Assembly (NCBI GenBank): GCA_950072105.1
Contig: CATMOE010000010.1
Span: 4,438-68,437 of the forward strand
Origin: an uncultured Dehalococcoidia bacterium
GTDB lineage: Bacteria; Chloroflexota; Dehalococcoidia; Lucifugimonadales; UBA3495
Direction: 5' to 3'
DNA length: 64,000 nt
Below, one piece after another: positions 25,516-34,036 of this stretch; the first letter of the stretch is position 1; each line of letters opens with the position of its first letter. The notes under the pieces are model-generated. The model saw only the letters and a program-made list of their open reading frames with translations, was not told the DNA's origin and made no database searches. The position numbers and the translations under genes were made by a program.

Positions 25516-26904
25516 ATGCTTAACCTAAGCGCTTCCAGGCTACCCTGGGGGCTGCATTACTGTTGGATAATCGTGGCCGTCTTGGCCACGGTGCAGATTC
25601 TCGCTACCTCCATCAGCATGGCCGCCGGTATTCTTTTGCCGCCCTTGACCGACCCAGATGGCCGCTTCGGCTGGAGTGTCGGTACTATCGTCATGGGGCT
25701 GGCGGCCTATTACATGGTCGGAGCTATTTTCGCCCCAGTCAGCGGTTGGCTAGGCGACCGGTACGGCGCCCGGCGCATGATGTTCGCCGGCGCCATTCTG
25801 TACGGCGTCAGCATGGTGTTGCTGGGATTTGTCCGCGAGTTATGGCAGTTCTTCATCGTCTTCGGTTTTTTGCTATCACTGACCCAATCCATCGCCATGG
25901 TGCCTTTGATGGCGTCGGTCAGCGGCTGGTTTCGGCGGCGGTTGGGATTGGGAACCGGGATCCTGTGGGCCGCGGGCGGCTTAGGCACGGCCATCGTAGC
26001 ACCGCTTACCGGCTACTTATTGGAGAATTACGGTTGGCAGATGACGTTCTGGAGCATCGGCGTCATCGGCTGCGGGATCTTGATTCTCCTAAACCTCCTG
26101 CTCCGCAATAAGCCGGAGGATATCGGCGTCAAGCCCTATGGGGCAGCCGACGACGACCCACCTCCTACTGTCCGTAGCGCCACAGCGGAAAAACTGCGTC
26201 TAAAAGTGTTCAACCAGCATGTCCGGCGGACCAGAGCATTCTGGAACCTTCCGGCCATTCACGGACTGGGGTGCGCCGGACATGGCATAGTCCTGATCTT
26301 CTCAATTCCATTCGCCGTTGAGCAGGGTGTCGGCCTGACCCAGGCGGCGGTGATCCTTACGATAATTTCTCTGGTCAGCATCTCCAGCAGACTTCTGACC
26401 CCGGTTCTGGCGGAACGGTACGGCTCCAAACGTATCATGGCCAGTTGCCTGTTCGTTCAGGGCATTACCGTGCTTATCCTTTTTGGGGCCCATGACCTGT
26501 GGACTTTTTATCTGTTCGCCGCCCTGTTCGGCATAGGATTCGGCGGCGAGTGGACCGGATATCTGGTGATAAACCGGCAATACTTCGGCAACGGACCCAT
26601 GGGGACCCTCTACGGATCACAGATGACCGGAGCGCTGATGGGACACGCGATAACCACGGCCCTTGGCGGCGTGGTGTTCGAGATATTCAGATCTTCCGGC
26701 ATCTTAGACCCCTACGATGTCATATTCGCCTTGTCCGTCGCCTTCAGCCTGGCGGGAGCGGCAGTTATCTTGACTTTGGAACCCACCTCCAAAACGCTCA
26801 TTCCCGATTGGGAGATGTCGTTACCCGAAGAGGCCCGCTCCGGAGGCGCTGGGATTCCCGGTGCTCGAACCACGCCGCTCGAGCCCGCCGCCGGGGACGG
26901 ATAA
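25516..26904 (+). CDS. MFS transporter (paralogue 2)
   Basis: 462 aa. Collinear with 19253-20596, including ..GWLGDRYGARR.. and the C-terminal ..LEPTSKTLIPDWE..LPEEAR.. (compare ..LEPTSRVLIPDWE..LPPEAR..). Confidence 0.85.
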   Translation: MLNLSASRLPWGLHYCWIIVAVLATVQILATSISMAAGILLPPLTDPDGRFGWSVGTIVMGLAAYYMVGAIFAPVSGWLGDRYGARRMMFAGAILYGVSMVLLGFVRELWQFFIVFGFLLSLTQSIAMVPLMASVSGWFRRRLGLGTGILWAAGGLGTAIVAPLTGYLLENYGWQMTFWSIGVIGCGILILLNLLLRNKPEDIGVKPYGAADDDPPPTVRSATAEKLRLKVFNQHVRRTRAFWNLPAIHGLGCAGHGIVLIFSIPFAVEQGVGLTQAAVILTIISLVSISSRLLTPVLAERYGSKRIMASCLFVQGITVLILFGAHDLWTFYLFAALFGIGFGGEWTGYLVINRQYFGNGPMGTLYGSQMTGALMGHAITTALGGVVFEIFRSSGILDPYDVIFALSVAFSLAGAAVILTLEPTSKTLIPDWEMSLPEEARSGGAGIPGARTTPLEPAAGDG

Positions 26905-26935
26905 AGCCGGCAAAGCTGTAGAGAGGAACGCAAGC

Positions 26936-27610
26936 ATGCCCAAACTTATCGACCTCACCCTAACCCTGGGAAGCCCGCGGGTTTCCGCCGTTCCGGGCCT
27001 GATCGGCGTGACCATGTCGCCGTTGCAGACCCACGAGTCCCACACGCGTTCCAACACCAAACTGACCCTGGCCACCCACATCGGCACCCACGTCGACGCT
27101 CCCTACCACTTTCATCCCGATGGGACCACTGTTGACGATATGCCTTTGGAGCGCTACATGGGACCGGCGCTCCTCTTGGACCTGCGCCAGTCGGCCCAGA
27201 GCAAGACGCCGATCTCCGTAGCGGACTTAGAGCAGGCCGGGGCCGCGCCCGGCACGATAAAGGACAACATCGTAGTTCTGTTCACGGGCTGGGCGCACAA
27301 CGAGTCGGGAAAAGAGGGATTCTACTCCGACGGGCCTTACCTCAGCACGGAGGGGGCGGGTTACCTGGCAAGGCATGAAGTCAACGCCGTAGCTGTCGAC
27401 TTTCCCATCGACAAACATCCGCCGACTCCGCAATCCACAATGAGCGATTTCCCGGTGCACCGGCTTCTGTTGGGCCTGGGCATACCGCTCATCGAAAACC
27501 TGATTAACCTGGACCAACTGGTAGGCTTCAATTTCGAGCTTTGGGCGTTGCCTTTGAAGCTGAAAGGCGGTGACGGGGCCGCCGCTCGCGCCGTCGCCCG
27601 CATTCTCTAA
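26936..27610 (+). CDS. cyclase family protein (kynurenine formamidase-like fold)
   Basis: Start moved to the ATG at 26936 (GAGAGGA RBS). ..HIGTHVDAPYHF.. signature. Confidence 0.8.
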   Translation: MPKLIDLTLTLGSPRVSAVPGLIGVTMSPLQTHESHTRSNTKLTLATHIGTHVDAPYHFHPDGTTVDDMPLERYMGPALLLDLRQSAQSKTPISVADLEQAGAAPGTIKDNIVVLFTGWAHNESGKEGFYSDGPYLSTEGAGYLARHEVNAVAVDFPIDKHPPTPQSTMSDFPVHRLLLGLGIPLIENLINLDQLVGFNFELWALPLKLKGGDGAAARAVARIL

Positions 27611-27631
27611 ACTCAATCCGGAAGTACTCCC

Positions 27632-28285
27632 ATGACCGGCAAATCCACCGGCAAGAGCGCCACCTCCATACTCCTGGCCACCGGAAATCCGGCCAAGCAG
27701 CAGAAACTCGCCTGGCTGGTTGAAGCCCTTAACTTGTCTCCCACGACTCCCCAACAGTTAGGCCTATCCGGAGTCCCCGAAGAGAAAGGCGGCACCCACC
27801 ACGAGATTGCCCGGGCCAAAGCGCGAGAGTGGTCGCTGGCGGGGTCAACATTGGCCATCGCCTCCGACGGCGGCTTGGTCCTTCCGGCGCTGGGCGATAG
27901 CTGGGAAAGCCTCTACACCCACCGATTCGCCGGACCGGCGGCCGACGACCAAGAGAGAACGCGCCGGTTATTGGAGTTGATGGAACCCTACCAAGGCGGC
28001 GAACGCGAGGCTTCTTGGGTGGAAGGCTTATGCGTTGCCGACCGGGGCCGGGTATTGGCCTCCTGGGAACTTCGGGGAGGCACTGGGGTTATCGCCGAAA
28101 CGCCGGACGACGGCCCCGCGATTCCCGGATTCTGGGCCTTTTCAGTCTGGTATTTCCCTCAATTTGGCCGGACTTACAATCAACTCACCCCGGTCGAGCT
28201 TGAGTCTCTTGATGACCATTGGACCAGCCTGCGCCGGTTGGTAAGACGGTACTTCCAATCTCACTTCGTGTCCACCGGACATTGA
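27632..28285 (+). CDS. divergent Ham1/ITPase-like (non-canonical NTP pyrophosphatase family) protein
   Basis: 217 aa. ..ILLATGNPAKQQKL.., ..IASDGGLVLPAL.. resemble Ham1 motifs, but the rest is divergent. Confidence 0.45.
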   Translation: MTGKSTGKSATSILLATGNPAKQQKLAWLVEALNLSPTTPQQLGLSGVPEEKGGTHHEIARAKAREWSLAGSTLAIASDGGLVLPALGDSWESLYTHRFAGPAADDQERTRRLLELMEPYQGGEREASWVEGLCVADRGRVLASWELRGGTGVIAETPDDGPAIPGFWAFSVWYFPQFGRTYNQLTPVELESLDDHWTSLRRLVRRYFQSHFVSTGH

Positions 28286-28364
28286 TTACCCACCTGTGGT
28301 ACCCAAGCTCCCGGATACGCTACAATGGTTTCACCCGTTACCACCCTGACTACATTATTGGAGT

Positions 28365-29321
28365 TTGCCATTGACTTCCGCCATTAAGATGCCCGCCTCC
28401 ATCGACGAGGTCCAGAAGATTCTCCGCGAGCAGCATTACATCAGCGACCGCAGCTTGGCGGTGCCCATATTCTTGAGCTTAAAGCTGCAACGGCCCCTGT
28501 TCCTAGAGGGTGAGGCCGGTGTCGGCAAAACGGAGATTGCCCGGGCCCTGGCTGCCGCGCTGGATACTGAGTTGATCCACCTTCAGTGCTACGAAGGCCT
28601 GGACATCAACCACGCCGTCTACGAATGGAATCACGCCCGCCAGATCCTGGAAATACGCCTGATGGAATCGTCCGGCCAGGTCGACCGGGAGAGCGCCACC
28701 GCCGACCTGTTCAGCGAGCGGTTCTTGATCAAACGCCCCCTTCTGCAGGCCATCGACGAAAGCCGGGAGAAGTCTCCAGTCCTGCTCATCGACGAGTTGG
28801 ACCGGGCCGATGAGGAGTTCGAGGGATTCCTGCTGGAGATGCTGGGTAACTTCCAGATCACGATTCCAGAATTGGGTACTTACAAGGCAGTCCATCCACC
28901 CATCGTTATAATCACCTCCAACCGGACTCGGGAAGTCCACGACGCGCTGAAGCGCCGCTGCCTGTACTACTGGATAGAATATCCAGACTTCCAGAAAGAG
29001 CTCCAAATCATCACCGACAAGATCCCCGAAGCTCCCCGCCAGTTGGCGCAACAGGTGACTGGATTCATTCAGGAATTGCGGGAGACCGAACTTTATAAGA
29101 TTCCGGGGGTGTCGGAAACCCTGGACTGGACGTCGGCCCTCCTGGCTTTAAATCAGTCCGAGTTGGACCCCCAGGTTATCGACGACACCATGGGTATCGT
29201 GCTCAAGTACCAGGACGACATCGAAATGGTGCGAGGCGAGCCGGTGCGGGCCATGTTGGAGCGGTCCAAAAACCGAGGCCCCCGACGGGGAAGACGGGGT
29301 GGCGGCGGTGGCGGTCCGTGA
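28365..29321 (+). CDS. MoxR-family AAA+ ATPase (CoxD-like)
   Basis: 318 aa. Walker A GEAGVGKTE, Walker B LLIDELDRA, Gly/Arg-rich tail. The exact start (TTG 28365/28371 or ATG 28389) is uncertain. Confidence 0.85.
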   Translation: MPLTSAIKMPASIDEVQKILREQHYISDRSLAVPIFLSLKLQRPLFLEGEAGVGKTEIARALAAALDTELIHLQCYEGLDINHAVYEWNHARQILEIRLMESSGQVDRESATADLFSERFLIKRPLLQAIDESREKSPVLLIDELDRADEEFEGFLLEMLGNFQITIPELGTYKAVHPPIVIITSNRTREVHDALKRRCLYYWIEYPDFQKELQIITDKIPEAPRQLAQQVTGFIQELRETELYKIPGVSETLDWTSALLALNQSELDPQVIDDTMGIVLKYQDDIEMVRGEPVRAMLERSKNRGPRRGRRGGGGGGP

Positions 29322-30631
29322 CCTCGCCTGCCAACGGCGCCCATCAGGACGACGGCCACATCCTACACAACCTGATGATGTTCGGCGAGACGTTGCGCAA
29401 GATTGGGTTGGACGTGGGTTCAGGCAACATGCTGGACCTGGTTCGTGCGTTGGAGTACACCCCCATCAGCCTTAAACAGGAATTCCAGCAAGCGGCGCGC
29501 TCAATACTGGTCCACCGGAAACAGGACATTGCCCTGTTCGACGAAGCCTTCCAGGTGTTCTGGCGGCGTCCGGCCAGCGGCCAAACCACCCTCGACCTGC
29601 GGTCAATGGGAGAGCAACGCCGTTACCGGAACCCTCAAGTCGCTCCACCTAAGGGCGGCGACGAGGGTAACAGCACAGCCACCGAGGGAGATGACGATGA
29701 TGCCGGCGACCGGGTGGACCTGACCAGGACCTACAGCGCCAGGGAAGTGCTGCGGCAGAAAGACTTTTCAGACTTCAATGGCTTGGAGATCTCCGAAGCC
29801 AAACGAATGATGTCGGACCTGTCTTGGGACCTAGGAAACCGGCGAACCCGCCGGACCGCGCCGGGAAATGGCTCTTGGATAGACCTGCGCCGCACCCTAA
29901 GGCAGAACCTCAAGTACGGCGGCGAACTCTTGGAGTTGCCGCGACGGGAGCGCAAAGACAAGCCCCGGCACCTGATCTTGATATGCGACGTCAGCGGCTC
30001 CATGGAACGGTACACCCGGATGCTGCTACACTTCATCCACTCTGTAGCAAAGGGCCAGCGGCAGGTGGAGGCATTTTTATTCGCCACCCAGTTAACCCGG
30101 ATCACCCGGTATCTGAACTACCGCAGCATCGATCAGGCGGTCACTGAAGTGTCCCGGGCCGTCCCTGACTGGGCCGGGGGCACTCGCATCGGGCAAGCGC
30201 TCAAGACGTTCAATTTCCAGTGGTTGCGGCGAGTCCGGGGCAGTGGGGCCGTGGTGCTGGTGATTTCCGACGGATGGGACCGGGGCGAGCCGGAGTTGCT
30301 ATCTCAAGAGATTTCACGGCTGCAACGCAGTTGCCACCGGCTGATCTGGCTCAACCCACTGCTGGGGTCCGCCGATTACCAACCGTTGACCCGGGGAATC
30401 CAAGCCGCTCGACCCTACATAGACGACTTTTTACCGGTCAACAACCTAAATAGCCTGGATGCCCTTGCTCAACACTTGAGCAACCTGAATCCTCAACGCA
30501 GTCTCGGACCCCGTTACCGTCCTCCACTGCCCGACGAGCCGGCCCCCGAGGCATCGACAACCGAACGCCAGGAGATCAATCCGGCCCTCGGGCCCACATT
30601 CCGGCATCCGCTGTGGGGCCGCAATCCATAA
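29318..30631 (+). CDS. VWA domain-containing protein (CoxE-like)
   Basis: 437 aa. MIDAS-type ..LICDVSGSM.. and ..VISDGWD.. Shows a 4-nt GTGA overlap with the MoxR gene. Confidence 0.8.
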   Translation: MTSPANGAHQDDGHILHNLMMFGETLRKIGLDVGSGNMLDLVRALEYTPISLKQEFQQAARSILVHRKQDIALFDEAFQVFWRRPASGQTTLDLRSMGEQRRYRNPQVAPPKGGDEGNSTATEGDDDDAGDRVDLTRTYSAREVLRQKDFSDFNGLEISEAKRMMSDLSWDLGNRRTRRTAPGNGSWIDLRRTLRQNLKYGGELLELPRRERKDKPRHLILICDVSGSMERYTRMLLHFIHSVAKGQRQVEAFLFATQLTRITRYLNYRSIDQAVTEVSRAVPDWAGGTRIGQALKTFNFQWLRRVRGSGAVVLVISDGWDRGEPELLSQEISRLQRSCHRLIWLNPLLGSADYQPLTRGIQAARPYIDDFLPVNNLNSLDALAQHLSNLNPQRSLGPRYRPPLPDEPAPEASTTERQEINPALGPTFRHPLWGRNP

Positions 30632-30664
30632 CCTATGCCCTGCTATATGAATCAAGAGGTTTAG

Positions 30665-31366
30665 ATGCCCTCCTGTCCTTACTGCGCTCATCAGGTCGAA
30701 TCGAATCACATTTTCTGCGGCGGTTGCGGCAAGGCCCTCCCCGCGGAATCCACCGCAGACCCCGAAGAGGCGCTGACCGGGCAGCCACCGCGCACTTTGG
30801 CCTACCGGATCTCGCCAACCCGTATCCTGGTGATGACGTTCCTGTCCGACGGGCTCTATCTGTTCTATTGGTTCTACATCACGTGGCAACAATATCGAGA
30901 CCACACCGGAAACCAAGTGTTCCCCATGTGGCACACTTTGAGCCTAATGATTCCAATCTACGGGCTATTCCGTACTCACGCCCACATGCGCTCTTTCAAG
31001 GAACTGATGCAAGACGCCGGCGTTTTTTGCTCCATCGCAGTAGGATGGGCAGTAGTTCTCGTTTTGATCTCCACCGCGTTGGATAATGCATCACTCAGGG
31101 TAAATGGGGGCTTTTTCAATTTCGGTGAAGTCTCGTTTGGGGCTGCCTTGATCAGCGCCTTGCTGGACCTGGCATCCATCGCTGTTGTTTTGGGGCTTCT
31201 TTTACACGTTCAGCAGAACTTGAACCGGTACTGGGCCAGCCTGGACAACGTGACTCTGGTTGACCTGAACGTTGGTGCGGGAGAGGTTATCCTAGCCGTC
31301 GTCGGGGTCCTAACCTGGATAATTAGCTTGATTAGCATCATCAGCCCGGCATTTCGGACGCTTTAA
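30665..31366 (+). CDS. zinc-ribbon membrane protein (DUF4234-like)
   Basis: 233 aa. N-terminal CPYC..(x)..CGGCG zinc ribbon followed by about 4 hydrophobic helices (..LYLFYWFYITW..). Confidence 0.55.
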   Translation: MPSCPYCAHQVESNHIFCGGCGKALPAESTADPEEALTGQPPRTLAYRISPTRILVMTFLSDGLYLFYWFYITWQQYRDHTGNQVFPMWHTLSLMIPIYGLFRTHAHMRSFKELMQDAGVFCSIAVGWAVVLVLISTALDNASLRVNGGFFNFGEVSFGAALISALLDLASIAVVLGLLLHVQQNLNRYWASLDNVTLVDLNVGAGEVILAVVGVLTWIISLISIISPAFRTL

Positions 31367-31416
31367 CCGGCGGGCAAACCGCCCTTGGCGATCACGACCC
31401 GCCAGGGACATCTCGG

Positions 31417-32199
31417 TCAGCGGCTCAAGCTGAATCGCTCCCGCAGACCGAGCTCCACGATGACAAAGGCCGCCCCCGCCAACAGACCTCCGGCAACTGC
31501 GTCCAGGATGAAATGATTGCCGGTGATGGTGATCGCCAAGAAGGTAACTCCCGGATACAAAATCCCCAAATATTTCGCCCACCCCGGTAGACTCCGCAGG
31601 CACAGAACACCCAGGATAACCGTCCAGCAGAAGTGGAGGCTGGGCATGGCGGCGTCGAGATTGTAGGTGGGAGCCATCGCTGGCCCCCCGTATAAGGAAG
31701 GTCCCAGAACTTGGATGGTATTTACAAAATGGGCGGTCATACCGAAAGGCGGAGAAACCGGGAAAATAGCGAAAACCAACAATGCGAGTACCAGGCTGAC
31801 CGCGACAACCGTCCGGTAGTAGTAAAACCGGGACCGGCTCCGAATGAAAAGGACTAGGCCCACTCCCAAGACAACAGGCCAGTAAGTAATGATGTAAACC
31901 CAGTTCAGAACTACCACCAGGATTTCGGCGTTTCCCAGCATCCAGGCTTGCCACGCCGGTTCCCAGAACATCCCGACCTTTCTTTCCAAGGAGACGACTC
32001 GGAGGGCGTTTTGCAGTCCGGCTTCGTCCGGTTGGGAATAGAACAACCCCCGGGTAATCAGGTAAATAAGATAGAACCCAATTATCAGTCCCAAGTCGGC
32101 GGCATGGGGCTTCCATATCCGCAAATGCTTCACCCCAATCGTTCCAGCGCATCGGCCATTTTGGAAATCTCTATTCCTCGACCATGCTACTCTGCGCAT
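31417..32199 (-). CDS. PAP2-superfamily-like integral membrane protein
   Basis: 260 aa, multi-pass. ..AMPSLHFCW.. and ..GNHFILD.. resemble PAP2_C / phosphatidic-acid-phosphatase-type motifs. Confidence 0.5.
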   Translation of the reverse strand: MRRVAWSRNRDFQNGRCAGTIGVKHLRIWKPHAADLGLIIGFYLIYLITRGLFYSQPDEAGLQNALRVVSLERKVGMFWEPAWQAWMLGNAEILVVVLNWVYIITYWPVVLGVGLVLFIRSRSRFYYYRTVVAVSLVLALLVFAIFPVSPPFGMTAHFVNTIQVLGPSLYGGPAMAPTYNLDAAMPSLHFCWTVILGVLCLRSLPGWAKYLGILYPGVTFLAITITGNHFILDAVAGGLLAGAAFVIVELGLRERFSLSR

Positions 32200-32355
32200 C
32201 TGGCTGCTTCAACTGCCAGCCTTGGGGATTACTTCTCATGCCGCCAACCTTTCCGGATAGCGTTTGACTGGCTACGGAACGGATAGTATCCTTGGGCCTG
32301 CTCCATCAAATGGGGCTAGTCGCCTGCCTCAATCAGTTTGGAGGGACCGGGCCAC

Positions 32356-32820
32356 ATGGCTTCCAGAAACCGCGTGTTCACCGATGATCAGAGAGACTTG
32401 CTGTCCAACGTCCTAAACCGGCTCATCCCGCCGGAAGGCGAGCTACCCGGCGCGGGCGATCTGGGTTTAGCCGCCTTTCTGGAGGGAGTGGTCGAAGGGG
32501 AAGCCCGAAAAAATAGAATGTTCAATGAGGGGCTGGCACAGATAGAGATCGCCGCCGTGATCAGGGAACCGTCCGGCTTTCAAGCCCTCAACGACGAAGG
32601 AAAAGACGCGGCTCTGAAAGAGGTTGAGGCATCACATCCGGAGTTCTTTGACGAATTGGTGCGGCAGACCTACAACGGGTATTATACCAATCCCAACATC
32701 TTCCAGCTCATCGGTTACCCGGAACGACTCGCTCAGGGGACCAGCGGCAGCCTAGACTTACTGGACGAGAGCCTTCTGGAACAACAGCGAAAGCGAGCGC
32801 CTTTTTGGAGAAAATCCTAA
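32356..32820 (+). CDS. gluconate 2-dehydrogenase subunit 3 family protein
   Basis: Start taken at the ATG at 32356 (GGAGGG RBS). ..LNRLIPPEGELPGAGDLG.. is typical of this small-subunit family. No GMC large subunit is adjacent. Confidence 0.5.
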   Translation: MASRNRVFTDDQRDLLSNVLNRLIPPEGELPGAGDLGLAAFLEGVVEGEARKNRMFNEGLAQIEIAAVIREPSGFQALNDEGKDAALKEVEASHPEFFDELVRQTYNGYYTNPNIFQLIGYPERLAQGTSGSLDLLDESLLEQQRKRAPFWRKS

Positions 32821-32938
32821 CCGTAGCCGTATATCGTCCGGAAATCCACATTCGATTGGCAAGCAGCAACTAACGGGGATATCCCCACCGTTGCAAGCCT
32901 GATTCCCATTCTGCGATCATCCGGTTTCTAAGCCAACA

Positions 32939-33844
32939 TCAGGCCGTTAGAGCCAACTCTAGCTGGCGCTGCTGTCCCCGGAGATTTTTCGTGGGCTCCA
33001 TCACCTGTAGACCCCATTCCCATCGGGCCTTGTCCACCGCTTTGAGCACCATGCTGGTGTAGTCCTTTGGAGCGTAGGTCTTACGATACATCTTGTCGTA
33101 CGCCGTGGTCAGGTGCGGGTAGGTTTCTCGAAGCATCGGCATGAACCACTCTTTAGAGCCGGGCTTCAAGAACAATACGTTGGCTCCCAAGAATTGAGCC
33201 TTATGCTCGGCAGCGGCGGCAGCCACTTCGTTGATGCTTTCTTCGCTGTCCGAGATACCGGGAAGCAGGGGAGCCATCATAACCCCGGCGGTTATCCCGT
33301 TCTCCACCAGGAACTGCATGGCCTCCATGCGGGCCATGGGTCCGGGGGCCCCTGGCTCATTAGTCTTCCAGACCTGCTCGTCCATGCTGCCGATACTGAA
33401 GTTGATCCTCACGTCAGCCACTTCGCTCAGTTCTTGCAAAACGTCCAGGTCCCGGCGCACCAGAACCCCTTTGGTGGTCAAGGATGCCGGGTTGCCGAAC
33501 TCGGTGAGCACTTGCAGGATTCGCCTGGTCAACCCGTACTCTGCTTCGGCGGGTTCGTAGGGGTCCGACGCAGTGCCTATGGCAATAGCCTCTCCCATCC
33601 ACCTGGGCCGCCTTAGCTCCTCCCGAAGAACCTCCGGGGCGTTAACCTTGGCGAAAACCCTCTGCTCGAACTCCAATCCGGAGTCCATTCCCCAGTATTC
33701 GTGGGTAGGCCGGGCGTAACAGTAAGTGCAGGCGTGGCGGCAGCCGCGGTAGGGATTCAACGTCCACCGGAAGGGAAACCCCGGGACGTCCAAACGGTTG
33801 AGCATAGACTTGCAGTGGATTTCCTGTACGTCAGCGCCTGCCAT
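32939..33844 (-). CDS. radical SAM protein (SplB / Rv2578c-like)
   Basis: 301 aa. CRHACTYCYAR CxxxCxxC cluster near the N-terminus. AGGAG RBS. Confidence 0.85.
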   Translation of the reverse strand: MAGADVQEIHCKSMLNRLDVPGFPFRWTLNPYRGCRHACTYCYARPTHEYWGMDSGLEFEQRVFAKVNAPEVLREELRRPRWMGEAIAIGTASDPYEPAEAEYGLTRRILQVLTEFGNPASLTTKGVLVRRDLDVLQELSEVADVRINFSIGSMDEQVWKTNEPGAPGPMARMEAMQFLVENGITAGVMMAPLLPGISDSEESINEVAAAAAEHKAQFLGANVLFLKPGSKEWFMPMLRETYPHLTTAYDKMYRKTYAPKDYTSMVLKAVDKARWEWGLQVMEPTKNLRGQQRQLELALTA

Positions 33845-34036
33845 GGAGACTCCTTAAGTAGGGCAACAAATTAACTCATTTGTTCTAATACTAAGGGCGG
33901 CCACACTCAAGGTCAAGGGAAGGATGTCATATTTGTCGTGGTACGATCGGCCCGGCTCTCACAAGCCGGCCGTCTTAGAGGCACGGTTAAGTGCGGGTGA
34001 AAACCCGGTATCAAGGTTTACGGGATCAGAGGAACC

